A DNA stretch of 64,000 nt from an uncultured Verrucomicrobiae bacterium (GCA_963815455.1 CAWFGO010000003.1:64001-128000), one strand, 5' to 3'. Shown: positions 11,320 to 21,570, numbered from the stretch's first letter. The notes: generated from the letters alone by a model not told the origin. Made by a program: numbers and translations.

Positions 11320-12453
11320 ATGAGAAAAAATACAATAGTCCTGGTGATCTGGGCCGTGACGATCGGTCAGGTTCTCGGCCAGAATCGGATTGTTGACAGT
11401 CGGCCGACACAATCGCAATCGCAGTCATTGTCGTTTTTGGGTCCTTCAACCTGGAATCCGGGAGCAACCGTTAACGTGGATGTGTTTCTCACATTTAGCG
11501 GCTACAGCGCCTTTTATTTTTCTTACTGGTTAGAAGTGCCAGCGGCTTTGGCGCCATACCTGAGCATTACGGGTGCGCAGTACTTTACCGTTCTCGATCC
11601 AAATAGTACTACTCCAAATCCAGCGCAGTTTAACTCAACGAGTGGTGCGAGCCCTGGATACATGAACGAAACTCGCGACTTGGGCGCGGCCACCGAAGTA
11701 CTACCCGGCAGCGAATTACCGCCCGGTTCTTATTACATCACCCGACTGACGTTCGCGGTCGCTCCCGGGGCCTGTACCCTAAGCGGTCAAACTTTCACAA
11801 TGCGGTCGACGGCTACTAGCCCGCGTGTTTCGACGGTCAATGATACCAACTTCGACGAGCACAACATTATCCCGCCCGGCACGTTCGCGATTACGATTGG
11901 CTCATCGCCCTGCACCATCCTTTCGCAAGTTTCGCGCAAGACTCACGGGTCCGCGGGCATGTTCGATATCGACCTGCCGCTCACTGGCAGGCCGGGAATC
12001 GAATGTCGCACCGGCGGCGAGGCCGGCGACCACAAGATCGTCGTAACTTTCTCCGGTAGCGTGACGGTCAGCGGCAATCCTCAGGCGGCGGTAACCGCGG
12101 GCACAGGGACAATCGGCAGCGATGGAAACAGCAATGGCGGAACGGTCGCTGTCAGCGGAAACACTGTGACCGTACCCCTAACGAACGTGGCCAACGCTCA
12201 AACGATCGACGTGACACTGTATGGCGTGAATTATGGCGCTGGTAACACCAACCTCGTTATCCCAATGAGCGTGCTTCTGGGCGATGTAAATGATAATGGA
12301 ATCGTCAACTCCTCAGACATTGTCGGAGTTAAGGGCCAGCTCGGACAGCCCGTTACGGCTTCCAATTTTCGCGCGGACGTGACTGCCGGAGGATCCATCA
12401 ACGTCACTGATGTGGCGTTGGTAAAGGCAAACCTTCAGACGGCCCTGCCTTGA
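11320..12453 (+). CDS. Secreted protein with beta-sandwich domains and a C-terminal dockerin-type domain
   Basis: Signal peptide; VSRKTHGSAG...GIECR domain; duplicated Ca-binding loops GDVNDNGIVNSSD and ADVTAGGSINVTD. Confidence 0.85.
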   Translation: MRKNTIVLVIWAVTIGQVLGQNRIVDSRPTQSQSQSLSFLGPSTWNPGATVNVDVFLTFSGYSAFYFSYWLEVPAALAPYLSITGAQYFTVLDPNSTTPNPAQFNSTSGASPGYMNETRDLGAATEVLPGSELPPGSYYITRLTFAVAPGACTLSGQTFTMRSTATSPRVSTVNDTNFDEHNIIPPGTFAITIGSSPCTILSQVSRKTHGSAGMFDIDLPLTGRPGIECRTGGEAGDHKIVVTFSGSVTVSGNPQAAVTAGTGTIGSDGNSNGGTVAVSGNTVTVPLTNVANAQTIDVTLYGVNYGAGNTNLVIPMSVLLGDVNDNGIVNSSDIVGVKGQLGQPVTASNFRADVTAGGSINVTDVALVKANLQTALP

Positions 12454-12489
12454 ATTTCGGCGGCGATCGATCTCGGAACTGGTGCGTTC

Positions 12490-13728
12490 CTATTCGTATC
12501 GAAGCGCTTCGATCGGATCAAGAGAAGCCGCCCGATAGGCTGGGTAGAGACCGAAACCGATCCCGATAGCCGAGCAAACAATCAGACCCGCTATCGCCCA
12601 ACCAAAAGGGAAGATCAGGTTCGCCTGGAGCCAGGCGGCCAGCAGATCGCCGACGATTATCCCCAGCACGATTCCGAGAATGCCGCCGGCCTCGGAAATG
12701 AATACAGCTTCGGCCAGAAACTGCCGGAGAATATCGCTGCTGCGGGCCCCGATCGATTTACGCACGCCGATTTCCTTGGTCCGCTCGGTCACGCTAACGA
12801 GCATGATATTCATGATACCGATGCCAGCGGCGACGAGCGCAATAAAACTGATGACAAACGCGCCAACGCGCACCACGCCGGCCACGGAAACAAACGCGCT
12901 CTTGAGCGAATCGTTGGAATAAATTTCGAAATCGTTTTCCTGATCGGGCCGCAGACCGCGAGCAATTCGCATGGCGCCAATCGCCTTATCGAGTGTCCGA
13001 TTATAGGTTTCGGCGGAGAAGGCCTGAGTGGCGATGTTGACCGTGCGCCGTGCTTCCCCAAAGTCCTCGAAGAATCGCGTAATGGGCATGACGCAAATTT
13101 CGTCCTGGCTCTGCCCGAAGGCGGTTCCTTTTTCTGCCATGACGCCAATCACGGTGTAAACATGGCCGTTCATCCGGATGACCTTGCCGATCGGCGTTTC
13201 GTGCGGGAACAATCGTTTCTCGACAATCTTGCCGACCACGATGACCCGCCGCGAAAGAGCGACATCTTCGTCATTGATGTTCCGTCCATAGCCGAGCGTG
13301 AAAGCATTCGCTGTTAGAAAACTGCGGTTCGCTCCAACAATAAGAAGACTGGGTGTGGTCTTCACGCCGTTGTAAACCGCTTGCCCTTTTACTTCGTAAG
13401 CGAAACTCTTTAGACAAATCTCGCTCGCGTTTCCTTCCATGAGTTCGTAATAACGCAGCGCCTGCCGGTAGGTGACGTTGCGCCGGTTTTGATATTTTTT
13501 CCTGACTTCACCTCCGGCGCTCACGTTTGCCGGATACTTGGCGAATTGGAAAATATTTGCGCCAAGAAAGCTGATTCCGTTTTCGATCGAGTTTTGCAGC
13601 GCACCCACGGCAGTCATGACCGAGATCACCGAGAAAACGCCGATGGTGATGCCAATCATGGTCAACCCGGAGCGAAGCTTATTCACCCCGAGTGAGGACA
13701 ACGCCATTTTTATGGTTTCGCGGAACAT
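12490..13728 (-). CDS. MacB/FtsX-family ABC permease
   Basis: LTMIGITIGV, GIMNIMLVSVTERTKEIGVRKSIGA, LDPIEALRYE. Confidence 0.95.
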   Translation of the reverse strand: MFRETIKMALSSLGVNKLRSGLTMIGITIGVFSVISVMTAVGALQNSIENGISFLGANIFQFAKYPANVSAGGEVRKKYQNRRNVTYRQALRYYELMEGNASEICLKSFAYEVKGQAVYNGVKTTPSLLIVGANRSFLTANAFTLGYGRNINDEDVALSRRVIVVGKIVEKRLFPHETPIGKVIRMNGHVYTVIGVMAEKGTAFGQSQDEICVMPITRFFEDFGEARRTVNIATQAFSAETYNRTLDKAIGAMRIARGLRPDQENDFEIYSNDSLKSAFVSVAGVVRVGAFVISFIALVAAGIGIMNIMLVSVTERTKEIGVRKSIGARSSDILRQFLAEAVFISEAGGILGIVLGIIVGDLLAAWLQANLIFPFGWAIAGLIVCSAIGIGFGLYPAYRAASLDPIEALRYE

Positions 13729-13734
13729 GTCTTA

Positions 13735-13913
13735 AAATTCGAATATCGAATATCGAATATCGAAATCCGAATGACGAATAATCCAATGACGCGAGAGCCG
13801 GCAAAATTGATCGCTCGTCATTCGTGCTTCGTAATTCCTTCGTCATTCGTCATTCGTGCTTCGTCATTGCTTCCTGGTTTGTTTCGAGATTCGATATTCG
13901 GATTTCGAGTTTT
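13735..13913. repeat. Nested inverted heptamer arrays (outer AATATCG/TTCGATA, inner AATGACG/TCGTCAT)
   Basis: aaattcg aatatcg aatatcg aatatcg aaatccg aatgacg...tcgtcat tcgtgct tcgtaat tcct tcgtcat tcgtcat tcgtgct tcgtcat...ttcgaga ttcgata ttcggat ttcgagt. Confidence 0.88.
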
Positions 13914-13915
13914 GG

Positions 13916-15166
13916 TCATTCATATCTTAGCGCGGTCACCGGATCGAGGCGCGAGGCGGTCCACGCTGGGGCAAAGCCGGAAAATAAACCGGTCATGATT
14001 GAGACGATCATGCTGGCAAGCACGAGGCTGAAGGAAAAATTGATGGGGAACGATGGAAATGCTTTCCCCAGTCCGAAGCACATTACGTAGGCGACGGTTA
14101 ATCCGATAAATCCGCCGAGCAAACAGAGCGCGGTCGATTCGATCAAAAATTGGAGCAGGATGGTGCGACGCCGTGCGCCGAGTGCTTTGCGCGTGCCGAT
14201 TTCCTTGGTTCGCTCCTTTACGCTAACAAAGGTGATATTCATGATGCCGATTGCGCCGACGAAAAGCGAAAGCCCGGTGATGAATAGGCCGGCGATGGCG
14301 ATCGAGTTTTTCACCGGGTCGAGCGTGGTCTTGAACGCCTCCTGCTCGTTAATAGTGAAATCGTCCTTTTTTTCCGGGGCCAGGCCGCGGACGCGCCGCA
14401 TCAAGCCGGTCAATTCGTCCTTGGCCTCGGCCAGTTTCGTTTTGTCTTTTACTTTCACTCGAATATCCGACTCACTTTTCGCGCTGAAGTATTTGTTAAA
14501 CGCGCCCAGCGGCATCGCGATAATCGAATCCCAGCTAAATATGCCGAGAAAAGTTCCCTGGCGCGCGTTCACTCCGACCACCTTGAAATGCTGGCCGTTA
14601 ATCAGGACGAACTTATCGATCGGGCTCTCGGAGGGGAACAAGGCGTCGGCTACATCATAGCCGATGAGGCAAACGTTGGCCCCACCACGGGATTCCAGTT
14701 CGTTAAAGAAACGGCCTTCTTTGCAATCGATTGTCGATGTTAGGGTGTAATCCGAAGTCGTTCCGAGAATGAACACGTTCTCCACTTCGCTGCCGCCATA
14801 CTTGGCCGAGCGGATCAGGCTCGACGTCGGCACGGCGACGATCAGGTTCGAGTTCGGCGTGGCCGCGATCATCCGATTAAGCGTCTCGGCATATTCGGTC
14901 TTGATTTTCTTGCGATCTCGATAATTCCACCAATCGTCCACTCGTTTCCAAGGCCACTGGGTCACATACAGGACGTCATCGCCCAGCACCGACATGCTCT
15001 TGTCGAAACCGATTTCGATTCCGCTAATCGCGGTCCCCATCAATGTGACCGCGACGATACCGATAATAACGCCGAGAGCGGTGAGCGTGGAACGAGTCTT
15101 GTTCGCGCGCATTTGAGCGGCCGCGATCTTCCAGCTTTCGCTCAGCTCGTAGAGAAACCGTTTCAT
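13916..15166 (-). CDS. MacB/FtsX-family ABC permease
   Basis: LTALGVIIGI, GIMNITFVSVKERTKEIGTRKALGA, LDPVTALRYE. Confidence 0.95.
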   Translation of the reverse strand: MKRFLYELSESWKIAAAQMRANKTRSTLTALGVIIGIVAVTLMGTAISGIEIGFDKSMSVLGDDVLYVTQWPWKRVDDWWNYRDRKKIKTEYAETLNRMIAATPNSNLIVAVPTSSLIRSAKYGGSEVENVFILGTTSDYTLTSTIDCKEGRFFNELESRGGANVCLIGYDVADALFPSESPIDKFVLINGQHFKVVGVNARQGTFLGIFSWDSIIAMPLGAFNKYFSAKSESDIRVKVKDKTKLAEAKDELTGLMRRVRGLAPEKKDDFTINEQEAFKTTLDPVKNSIAIAGLFITGLSLFVGAIGIMNITFVSVKERTKEIGTRKALGARRRTILLQFLIESTALCLLGGFIGLTVAYVMCFGLGKAFPSFPINFSFSLVLASMIVSIMTGLFSGFAPAWTASRLDPVTALRYE

Positions 15167-15178
15167 TTTTCCGTAAGA

Positions 15179-15922
15179 TTACCGGACGCCGACCGATTCA
15201 AGTTCGTGGACAGCCACCGCGTCGTCGCTCTCGATCAAACCGTCGCGCAAATGGACCGTGCGTCGGGCGTGACGGGCAATGTCGGCTTCATGCGTGACCA
15301 GGATCACGGTGTTGCCTTTCTGGTAAAGATCCTCGAACAACGCCATGATCTCTTCGCCTGTTTTCGAATCGAGATTGCCGGTTGGTTCATCGGCCAGGAT
15401 GATCGATGGATTATTGACGAGCGCGCGCGCGACGGCGACGCGCTGACGCTGGCCGCCGGAAAGTTCGTTAGGCTTGTGATGAAGCCGATCGCCCAGGCCT
15501 ACGTCGCGTAATACTTGCGTAGCACGCGCTTCCCGCGTTTCCGGATCGACGCCGGCATAAATGAGCGGGAGCTCGACATTACGCAGGCTGTTGGCGCGAG
15601 GCAGAAGATTAAACGTCTGAAAGACAAACCCGATTTCGTGATTGCGAATGCTGGCCAGCTCGTCGTCGTCCATCCCGGAGACACTCCGCCCGTTGAACTC
15701 GTAACGACCGGAGCTCGGCGTATCAAGACACCCCAGCATGTTCATCAGAGTCGATTTGCCGCTCCCGCTCGGTCCCATGATGGCAAGGTATTCGTTGCGA
15801 TGAATCTGCAATGTCACACCGCGCAATGCGTGCACGATTTCCTGGCCCATCACGTAATCCTTCGTGATGTTCTCGATGTCGATGACCAGCGGGCCGCGGG
15901 GACGGATGCTGTTAGAACTCAT
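15179..15922 (-). CDS. MacB/LolD-type ABC ATP-binding protein
   Basis: [28 protein letters not shown]. Confidence 0.96.
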   Translation of the reverse strand: MSSNSIRPRGPLVIDIENITKDYVMGQEIVHALRGVTLQIHRNEYLAIMGPSGSGKSTLMNMLGCLDTPSSGRYEFNGRSVSGMDDDELASIRNHEIGFVFQTFNLLPRANSLRNVELPLIYAGVDPETREARATQVLRDVGLGDRLHHKPNELSGGQRQRVAVARALVNNPSIILADEPTGNLDSKTGEEIMALFEDLYQKGNTVILVTHEADIARHARRTVHLRDGLIESDDAVAVHELESVGVR

Positions 15923-15939
15923 TAGTGCTAGGTGTGCTC

Positions 15940-15980
15940 TGTAGCGACGCGACTGCGCCTCGCACAGCGAGGCGGCTACA
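15940..15980. repeat. GTAG-type REP-like element
   Basis: TGTAGCGACGCG...GAGGCGGCTACA. Confidence 0.6.
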
Positions 15981-15982
15981 AG

Positions 15983-17343
15983 TTATTTCTTTTCTTCCTT
16001 CTCGTAAGTCACCTTCGCGCCATCTTTTAGCTTGCGGCTGATCGCGCTATAACTGCCCGAGATCACTTCATCGCCCGGCTTAACGCCGCTCTTGATTTCC
16101 ATGTAGGTGTCGTCCGAAATGCCGGTGGTCACTTTGGCCATCTTTGCTTTGCTTCCACTCTTGACGAAGACGACCTTCATGAGTTTCTCGCGCTCCTCCT
16201 TTTGCGCCTGTTTCTCCCGGCGCTCGTTGATCAATTCCGCGTTGTTATCGCCCTTCTCCTGCGCTGCGGCCTTGGCTTTGCGCTTTTCGATTTCTTCCGG
16301 ACTCAAATTGCTGTCGCCGGTGCGAATGGTCACGCTTTGCAACGGCACCGCCACGACATCCTTTACTACGTTTGTCTCAATGTCGGCCGTGCAACTCAAG
16401 CCCGGCCGCAATAACGCACCTCCCGGTCGAGGTTTATTTTGACTTCGAAATTTGTCACTTCCTCCTGGCTGCCGGCGCCGGTTGTTTTGCCGGTGTTGGC
16501 AATTTGCTCCACCGTCCCTTTGAATTTCCGGTCGCCGTAGGCGTCGATCTTCACACTCGCTTTGTCGCCGGGTTTGACCTTGACCACGTCGTTCTCGTTA
16601 ACATCGACAACCGCTTGCATATGCTCGAGGTCGGCGACACGCATCACTTCCGTGCCGGCAAATTGGCCCGTGCCCACGATGCGTTCGCCCAGTTTGCTGT
16701 TCAGCACGGTCACGGTGCCATCCAGTGGCGAATAGATAGCTGTCTTCGCCAGCGACTCGCGGGCCTGGCTGGAAGCGGCTTGGGCACGCTCGATCTCGTG
16801 CAACGAACTATCGTAGGTATTCTTCGCCACATCGTAGGCTGCTTGCGCGGCATTGAACTCCTGAATCGAGATGGTCTTCTTCGCGTACATGTCCACGGCG
16901 CGCTTCAAATCCTGCTCCGTTTTCAGCGCCGCAGCTTTTTGCTGAAGATTTGTCGCCTTGGCTGAGCTAATTGCTGCCTCCTGCTGTTCCAGCAGCGCTT
17001 TGTAGGTGTCCGGCTTGATCTTGACCAGCAAATCGCCCTTCTTGATCGGCTTTCCGTCTTCAACCGGCAGTTCGATAATTTCACCCGCTACTTCCGGCGA
17101 AATTTTTACTTCGGTTTCAGGTTGCACTTTGCCGGTGGCGGACACAATCTCGACAATCGTCCTACGGGCGGCCTTTTCCGTCGTTACCGGGATCGGCTTT
17201 TCCCGCTTTCCCAGGATCATGGAAATCACGATCCAGAGCAATAAGAGGCCAACAGAGCCGAAAATGATGTAACGCCGGCGCTTGGAGCGGCGCTTTTTTG
17301 TCGTTGCAGTGGTGGGTTGCGGTGTCACTAAAGTTTGATGCAT
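15983..17343 (-). CDS. MacA-like periplasmic adaptor subunit; apparent frameshift near 16415
   Basis: ORF 16396..17343 (VSATGKVQPETEVKISPEVAG) continues in ORF 15983..16411 (LRPGLSCTADI..VPLQSV..GVKPGDEVISG). Confidence 0.9.
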
Positions 17344-17426
17344 GGCAGTGGGGTTGTGGCGGGCAGGAGCGTCACAAGTTATGGCAATTTAGACTCTTGC
17401 AAAGCATTTTGCGTTCAAGTGGCCGA

Positions 17427-17506
17427 TGTAGCACAGGCATCTTGTTTGCCGCCGGACGAATCCGTCCCGTGTGCGGACCTGTGGGGCAGGCGGGCGTCTC
17501 GCCTGC
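17427..17506. repeat. GTAG-type REP-like element (same family as 23812-23858)
   Basis: TGTAGCACAGGCATCTTG...CCTGTGGGGCAGGCGGGCGTCTCGCCTGC. Confidence 0.65.
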
Positions 17507-17563
17507 CGCAGGTATCAATCGTGTGCACGTCAAAGTTGAGATGCGCCCGGGCAACACTTGGAT

Positions 17564-18661
17564 TCAATTAATTTCGGTGGCGTCCACAGCCACGCGCTTC
17601 CGAATCTGTCCGATGGCCCAGGCGGCGTGTTCGGCAATCAAGGGTTCGGGGTCTGCAGCGGCGGTTTCGAGTGCCGCGAGATCGTCCCGGTCGCCGACAT
17701 TCCCCAGAGCCACGCAGACATTGCGCAAAAAACCGCGGCGCTTGATTCGCTTGATTGGTGAATCGCGAAACATTTCGCGAAAATCCGAATCGTTAAGCCC
17801 CAGATAATCGCGAAGCGACATCCCGGTCGTCGATCTTAGCCCGGCAAACGCGCTTTCCCGCGAAGCTTCGGCAAACCGATTCCATGGACAAGCATCGAGA
17901 CAATCGTCGCATCCGAAAATCCGATTTCCGATCAGCGGCCGAAACTCGATCGGAATCGCGCCTTTCAGTTCGATAGTGAAATAAGAAATACAACGGCGCG
18001 CATCGAGCCGATGCGGAGCGGTGATCGCGCCAGTGGGGCACGCCGTGATGCAGCGTTCGCACGTTCCGCATCGATCACGCTGCGGAGGATCGGGTGGCAA
18101 CTCCAGCGTGGTCAATATTTCGGCCAGGAAAAACCAGGTGCCAAGCCGCGGATCGACAAGCATCGTGCTCTTGCCGTGCCAACCAATCCCAGCTTGTGCG
18201 GCATGATCGCGTTCCAGAACAGGCCCGGTATCGACATAACATTTTTGTCGGCCACCAAATTCACGTAGAAAATTGTCGATCTTATCCAGCTTGCGCTGGA
18301 TCACGTCGTGATAATCATCGCCCCAGGCGTACCGAGCAATTCGCCCGGCTGCTGTAGCGGCGGTCTCTGACCGTCGCACTTTATCTCCCTGAAAATAATT
18401 CAACGCCAAAACCACGATCGACTTCGCTCCGGGCAAGACCTGTTGAGGATCGCAACGCTTCTCTTCGCCGCGCCGCATGTAGTCCATTTCTCCGTGTGCG
18501 CCGTCGCCTAGCCAATCGGAGAATTCCTTGGCGTGCGCCGGGGCCGAACAAGCCGCGATGCGGCAGGAATCGAAACCGATCCCGCGCGCAAACGACGCCA
18601 CCCGTGTCTTCAAATCGGTCGCGGCGGCGCGAGTATTACCGACTTGGGCCGTTTCGGTCAT
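17564..18661 (-). CDS. queG: Epoxyqueuosine reductase
   Basis: IARYAWGDDYH, YVDTGPVLER, CGTCERCITACP, FGCDDCLDACPWN. Confidence 0.95.
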   Translation of the reverse strand: MTETAQVGNTRAAATDLKTRVASFARGIGFDSCRIAACSAPAHAKEFSDWLGDGAHGEMDYMRRGEEKRCDPQQVLPGAKSIVVLALNYFQGDKVRRSETAATAAGRIARYAWGDDYHDVIQRKLDKIDNFLREFGGRQKCYVDTGPVLERDHAAQAGIGWHGKSTMLVDPRLGTWFFLAEILTTLELPPDPPQRDRCGTCERCITACPTGAITAPHRLDARRCISYFTIELKGAIPIEFRPLIGNRIFGCDDCLDACPWNRFAEASRESAFAGLRSTTGMSLRDYLGLNDSDFREMFRDSPIKRIKRRGFLRNVCVALGNVGDRDDLAALETAAADPEPLIAEHAAWAIGQIRKRVAVDATEIN

Positions 18662-19188
18662 TGTGCCTTTGCCTCTTCCATCTTGCTCAAAATCGCATCC
18701 GCCACCTCCTCATGGGTGAGCGACGACGTGTCGATTCGGATCTCCGCAACTTTCGCATAAAGCGGGCGGCGCGCCTGTAACATTTGTGTAAACGCTGTCT
18801 TCGGATCCTCGGTTTGGAGCAGCGGTCGATTTCCGCGCCGCGCTGCCCGTTCGAAAAGTATTTCTTCGTCGGCCTCGAGCAGCGCGATTGTGCCGAGTCG
18901 CTTTAAGAGATCGATATTGTCCTCGCGCAGGACAATGCCGCCGCCGGTCACGATGATCGCCGTCTCCGCGCCGGACAATCCACGAAGCGCCTCCGTTTCC
19001 GCGTCGCGGAATCGTTCTTCGCCGTGTTTGGCAAAGATTTCGGGAATGGAGAGTCCGAACTTCGCCGCTACGATTTCATCCGTGTCGAACAAAGCGAGAC
19101 CGGTTCGCCGCTGCAGCCATCGCCCGATGGACGATTTCCCCGCGCCCATCATGCCAATGAGAACGATCGATTGGGGAGCGCAGTTCAC
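18658..19188 (-). CDS. aroK: Shikimate kinase
   Basis: LIGMMGAGKSSIG, GEERFRDAE, TGGG, RPLL. Confidence 0.95.
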   Translation of the reverse strand: MNCAPQSIVLIGMMGAGKSSIGRWLQRRTGLALFDTDEIVAAKFGLSIPEIFAKHGEERFRDAETEALRGLSGAETAIIVTGGGIVLREDNIDLLKRLGTIALLEADEEILFERAARRGNRPLLQTEDPKTAFTQMLQARRPLYAKVAEIRIDTSSLTHEEVADAILSKMEEAKAQ

Positions 19189-19194
19189 GCGCTA

Positions 19195-19319
19195 AAGCTC
19201 CAAGCACCAAGCTCCAACATCCAGAGAAATTTCAAACTCCAATATTCACATGCGCCGCTCTTTTTGGAGCTTGATAATTTGGAGCTTCTCTGGAGCTTGG
19301 ATGTTGGAATTTGGAGCTT
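19195..19319. repeat. Inverted heptamer arrays (AAGCTCC / GGAGCTT)
   Basis: Left: aagctcc aagcacc aagctcc aacatcc agag aaatttc aaactcc aatattc. Right: ggagctt gataattt ggagctt ctct ggagctt ggatgtt ggaattt ggagctt. Confidence 0.9.
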
Positions 19320-19325
19320 ATAACC

Positions 19326-19835
19326 ATGCCAGAATCTTCGCCTCTCGTCGCCGTAATCATGGGCAGCAAATCGGATTGGGAAACGATGCATCACGCTGTG
19401 GAAGCGCTGAACGAGCTCGGCATTCCAAACGAAGCGCATGTCTTTTCCGCGCACCGGACCCCGGATGCTACGGTGGAATTTGTTCGAAAGGCTGCCGGGC
19501 GCGGTTTGCGCGTCATCATCGCCGGCGCGGGCGGCGCGGCCCACTTGGCCGGAGTAGTGGCCGCCAATACCTGGCTGCCGGTCCTGGGTGTTCCGATGCA
19601 ATCCAAGGCGTTGCAGGGACTCGATTCGCTTCTCTCAACGGCGCAGATGCCGGGCGGCATCCCGGTCGGGACGCTCGCGATCGGCGAGGCCGGCGCAAAA
19701 AATGCCGGGCTTCTTGCCGGCGCCATCCTGGCCACGTCCGACGAGCAGATACGAAAAAGGCTGGAAGCGTTTCGCAAGAAGCAGACCGAATCGGTGCTGG
19801 CCGCCAAACTGCCAGCCTCCCCTCTGTCATCCTGA
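19326..19835 (+). CDS. purE: N5-CAIR mutase
   Basis: [33 protein letters not shown]. Confidence 0.97.
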   Translation: MPESSPLVAVIMGSKSDWETMHHAVEALNELGIPNEAHVFSAHRTPDATVEFVRKAAGRGLRVIIAGAGGAAHLAGVVAANTWLPVLGVPMQSKALQGLDSLLSTAQMPGGIPVGTLAIGEAGAKNAGLLAGAILATSDEQIRKRLEAFRKKQTESVLAAKLPASPLSS

Positions 19836-19918
19836 GCGCACCGAAGCGGCGTCGAAGGATCCCGTGGCGAAACCGAATGGCTGCGCAACGGGATCCCTCG
19901 ACTTTCGCTCGGGATGAC
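19826..19918. repeat. GTCATCCTGAGC palindromic repeat, copy 2 (supplies the purE stop codon)
   Basis: GTCATCCTGAGCG...CGCTCGGGATGAC. Confidence 0.85.
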
Positions 19919-19940
19919 GCGTGGCGGTGTGCTGACCAAG

Positions 19941-20950
19941 ATGCAAACCCGTATTCTTACAACATCGACTTCGAATGATCAGCAGGCGGCTGTTGCCGCG
20001 GCGGTTGAACTGCTGCGAAAGGGCGAGCCGGTCGCGCTGCCCACCGAGACCGTTTACGGACTCGCCGCGGACGCGCTGAATCCGATCGCGGTAGCGAAAA
20101 TTTTCGAGGCAAAGGGGCGTCCCCGTTTCGATCCGCTCATTGTTCATTTGCCAGACCACGGTTGGCTCGAGAAGATTGTCGATCTTCCCGCTCTGGATCG
20201 ACAATTGATTCTGAAACTAACGGAGAGATTCTGGCCCGGTCCGTTCACAATCGTCCTGCCCAAGCGGAAAATTGTTCCCGACATCGTTGTTGCCGGTCTG
20301 GAGACGGTTGCCGTGCGGATGAGCGCGCATCCGGTTTTCTCGGAAATTATTCGCGCCTTTGCCGGCCCGTTGGCCGCGCCGAGCGCGAACCGCTTCGGTC
20401 GAGTCAGTCCCACGACAGCGCAACATGTGCTCGATGAACTCGAGGGACGAATTCCGATGATTATCGATGCAGGGCCGACCGCTCACGGGATTGAATCGAC
20501 AATTGTCGCAATTGGAGGCGGGAAGATCGACATTCTCCGCCGCGGCCCGATCACCGCCGAGCAACTTCTGGCATGGGCTTCAGCCCATGCCCCATCGGCA
20601 GGATGCCGATGCCACAAGCGGTTTTGCGCGCGCCGGGGCAACTGCCATCGCATTACGCGCCAAAAACCCCGCTGCGTTTAATTGACAACGCGAAATCATT
20701 CTCGCCAGCAGCAAATCAACGCGTTGGATTACTCGCATGGACTTTCGTCGAATCGGAAAAGAAGTTTGCAGCGGTTCGGCGTTTAAGCGAAAAACAAGAT
20801 CCACGAGAGGCAGCCGCCAACCTCTTTCGCTACCTGCGCGAGCTCGATGGGCTCGATCTCGATCTTATCGTTGCAGAACCAGTTCCTTCTCAGGGACTCG
20901 GCGCGGCGATAATGGATCGGCTCGAGCGCGCTGCGGCCGGAGCCGAGTGA
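19941..20950 (+). CDS. tsaC: Threonylcarbamoyl-AMP synthase (YrdC + SUA5 domains); apparent 1-nt deletion near 20581
   Basis: PTETVYGL, KGRPRFDPLIVH, APSAN; the SUA5 domain (APGQLPSHYAP, AIMDRLERAA) lies in ORF 20573..20950. Confidence 0.92.
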
Positions 20951-20987
20951 CGCGCAACGCCAAAAAGCGGTCGGCCACGGTGATTGC

Positions 20988-21410
20988 TTAGACGGCATTG
21001 CGTGTCGCCGCACTTTTGAGACGGAAGTGACCATGAACAGCTCCGATAAGAGACCCTAATGAGAATCCGATCGGTGCCAGAATAAATGCGAAAAGCGGGC
21101 CTTGCGGGCTTGCCGCGATAGCCGGTCCAATGAAAAAGCCGGAGGCGAAAGTAATGGCCCCGAGCATGATCGCCCAAATCGAGGCGTACCATAATCGCTG
21201 ACGCATCGCTGCTACGTGTCCGGCGACGACGAATGACCAGCAGATGGTCGCCGCACATCCGAAGCCACTGCCGTAAATGATGTAGAGCAAATTAACGCCG
21301 CGTATGAACTGCCCGTAGAGCATGAACAACACCATCGTAGTGAAATAGAAAGCGAGAAGGCCAGCCACTATTTTCAGCGCAGTCACCCATTTTGGATTCG
21401 AATCGCGCAT
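20988..21410 (-). CDS. Hypothetical 4-TM membrane protein (gene cassette)
   Basis: Four hydrophobic segments; starts immediately after the attC core; stop codon overlaps a degenerate R'' (GTCTAAG). Confidence 0.75.
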   Translation of the reverse strand: MRDSNPKWVTALKIVAGLLAFYFTTMVLFMLYGQFIRGVNLLYIIYGSGFGCAATICWSFVVAGHVAAMRQRLWYASIWAIMLGAITFASGFFIGPAIAASPQGPLFAFILAPIGFSLGSLIGAVHGHFRLKSAATRNAV

Positions 21411-21420
21411 GAGTCGATTC

Positions 21421-21541
21421 CGCCAACGAAATTTAGCTCAGCGACCGCTGGCGAGCGCGAGCGCGGATTGCAATGGACGTGTCTTCATAATGTAGCGCGA
21501 AGCATTGGCGGCCAGCAGTTCGCTGGAACGATGGGTTAGAC
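21421..21541 (-). mobile_element. Integron attC recombination site
   Basis: Minus strand: R'' GTCTAAC, arm CCAGCGAACTGCTGGC ... GCCAGCGGTCGCTGA, R' GTTGGCG. 121 bp imperfect palindrome with an unpaired base, between two co-oriented short ORFs. Confidence 0.8.
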
Positions 21542-21570
21542 GTAGCGGCGAATTGGATATGTGCATCGAA

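Noticed and set aside
13735..19319. Heptamer arrays as CRISPR arrays
   Set aside because: The units are 7 nt, tandem and without unique spacers; there are no cas genes.
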